This document shows positions 11,785 through 12,256 of a stretch of 12,256 bases of DNA, one piece after another. Made by a program: the position numbers and the translations under genes. The DNA comes from a virus. Under the pieces are notes generated by a model. The model was not told the origin of the DNA, did not search any database, and worked only from the letters and a program-made list of their open reading frames with translations. The stretch covers positions 1-12,256 of IMG/VR virus record IMGVR_UViG_3300045988_009231. One strand, given 5' to 3'. How positions within the stretch are numbered: the stretch's first letter is position 1; every line of letters starts with the position of its first letter.

Positions 11785-12256
11785 CGGCTTCACCTTATAG
11801 AATAAGCCCTGTGCCCTTGTAAGACCCTGTGTGGTGTAATTGCCCACGGGGTCTTTTTTAATGCCCTGTAGGTGGCTTATTTTACGTCAGGTGGCGTTGG
11901 TGGCGAATGTGGCTTATGTGGCTTATGTGGCGATGGTGGCATAAGCTGCATAAGATACGTCAGGCGTGCGCACATCGGGCACACATCGGGTCACACCCAG
12001 TTTCAGGGCATCACATCGGCATCGTCAGGCATCAGGCATGTGCAACACCCGGCTTCACCTGACGACAGGCAGCGAATAATTATGCGATTTCTCAGGCGAT
12101 GTTGCATATTTACTCATCAGTTAAACCTTGTTAACGAAATGTTAAACTTCGTTTCATCGGCTTTTTTGGCACGGCTCGCAGCAAAAAGCGTGCCAAACTG
12201 TGCTAACAACTGTTAAAAATGTGTTGGGAAATGTTAAAAATGGGTCGTTTGTATAC
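11785..12256. repeat. Right inverted terminal repeat (472 bp, perfect)
   Basis: Mirror image of 1..472. The identical 114-aa ORF translations at 41..385(-) and 11872..12216(+) confirm identity over that span. Both window ends read GTATACAAACGACCC... when read inward. Confidence 0.97.
11821..11859 (+). terminator. ITR-borne copy of the terminator hairpin, oriented outward at the right end
   Basis: This is the exact mirror of 398..436. On the plus strand it reads AAGACCCTGTGTGG-TGTAATTG-CCCACGGGGTCTT followed by TTTT. No annotated plus-strand gene lies upstream, so any function here is uncertain. Confidence 0.45.

Noticed and set aside
1-12256. Lysogeny or mobile-element functions (integrase, repressor, transposase), tRNAs, and known defence or anti-defence genes.
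   Set aside because: I found no ORF with recognisable recombinase, HTH-repressor or transposase motifs and no tRNA-like cloverleaf. The small early proteins have no recognisable family, so an anti-defence role cannot be asserted from sequence alone.

Overview
The window reads as a complete linear genome (12,256 bp) of a very small phi29-type tailed phage that replicates by protein priming. It is bounded by perfect 472-bp inverted terminal repeats (ITRs; 1..472 equals the reverse complement of 11785..12256). All 14 supported genes lie on the minus strand and are packed tightly, with several 1-nt TAATG/TGATG and 4-nt ATGA stop-start overlaps. Transcription therefore runs from a promoter just inside the right ITR to a terminator inside the left ITR.

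Gene order from right to left:
- Four small early genes with no recognisable relatives, one of them a lipoprotein-like membrane protein and one a 52-aa ORF absent from the supplied track.
- An intrinsic terminator.
- A 211-aa terminal-protein candidate.
- A 730-aa family-B DNA polymerase with all exonuclease and polymerase motifs.
- A phi29 gp16-like packaging ATPase.
- A 64-aa single-pass membrane protein.
- A phi29 gp10-like portal with a polyacidic Glu/Thr C-terminal tail.
- A 187-aa structural protein.
- The 391-aa putative major capsid protein, followed by a terminator.
- A DUF5675 / L,D-transpeptidase-fold putative cell-wall enzyme.
- A 143-aa protein resembling the N-terminal domain of the phi29 gp9 tail knob.
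- A 742-aa tail / receptor-binding protein with tandem beta-sandwich repeats.

The expression signals look Bacteroidota-like: a TTTG-N20-TAnnTTTG promoter, A/T-rich leaders without Shine-Dalgarno sequences, and a DUF5675 gene.

Features most worth follow-up:
- The long two-part ITRs, with an AT-rich outer part carrying phased motifs and a 55% GC inner part carrying iteron-like arrays.
- The ITR boundary, which falls inside the tail gene and so duplicates its stop codon and terminator at the other end.
- A 12-nt promoter core shared by the early promoter and an internal promoter embedded in a palindrome.
- The acidic tail on the portal.
- The apparently split tail-knob gene.
- The open question of whether and where a packaging RNA is encoded.

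All homology statements rest on motif recognition from memory. No database search was possible.
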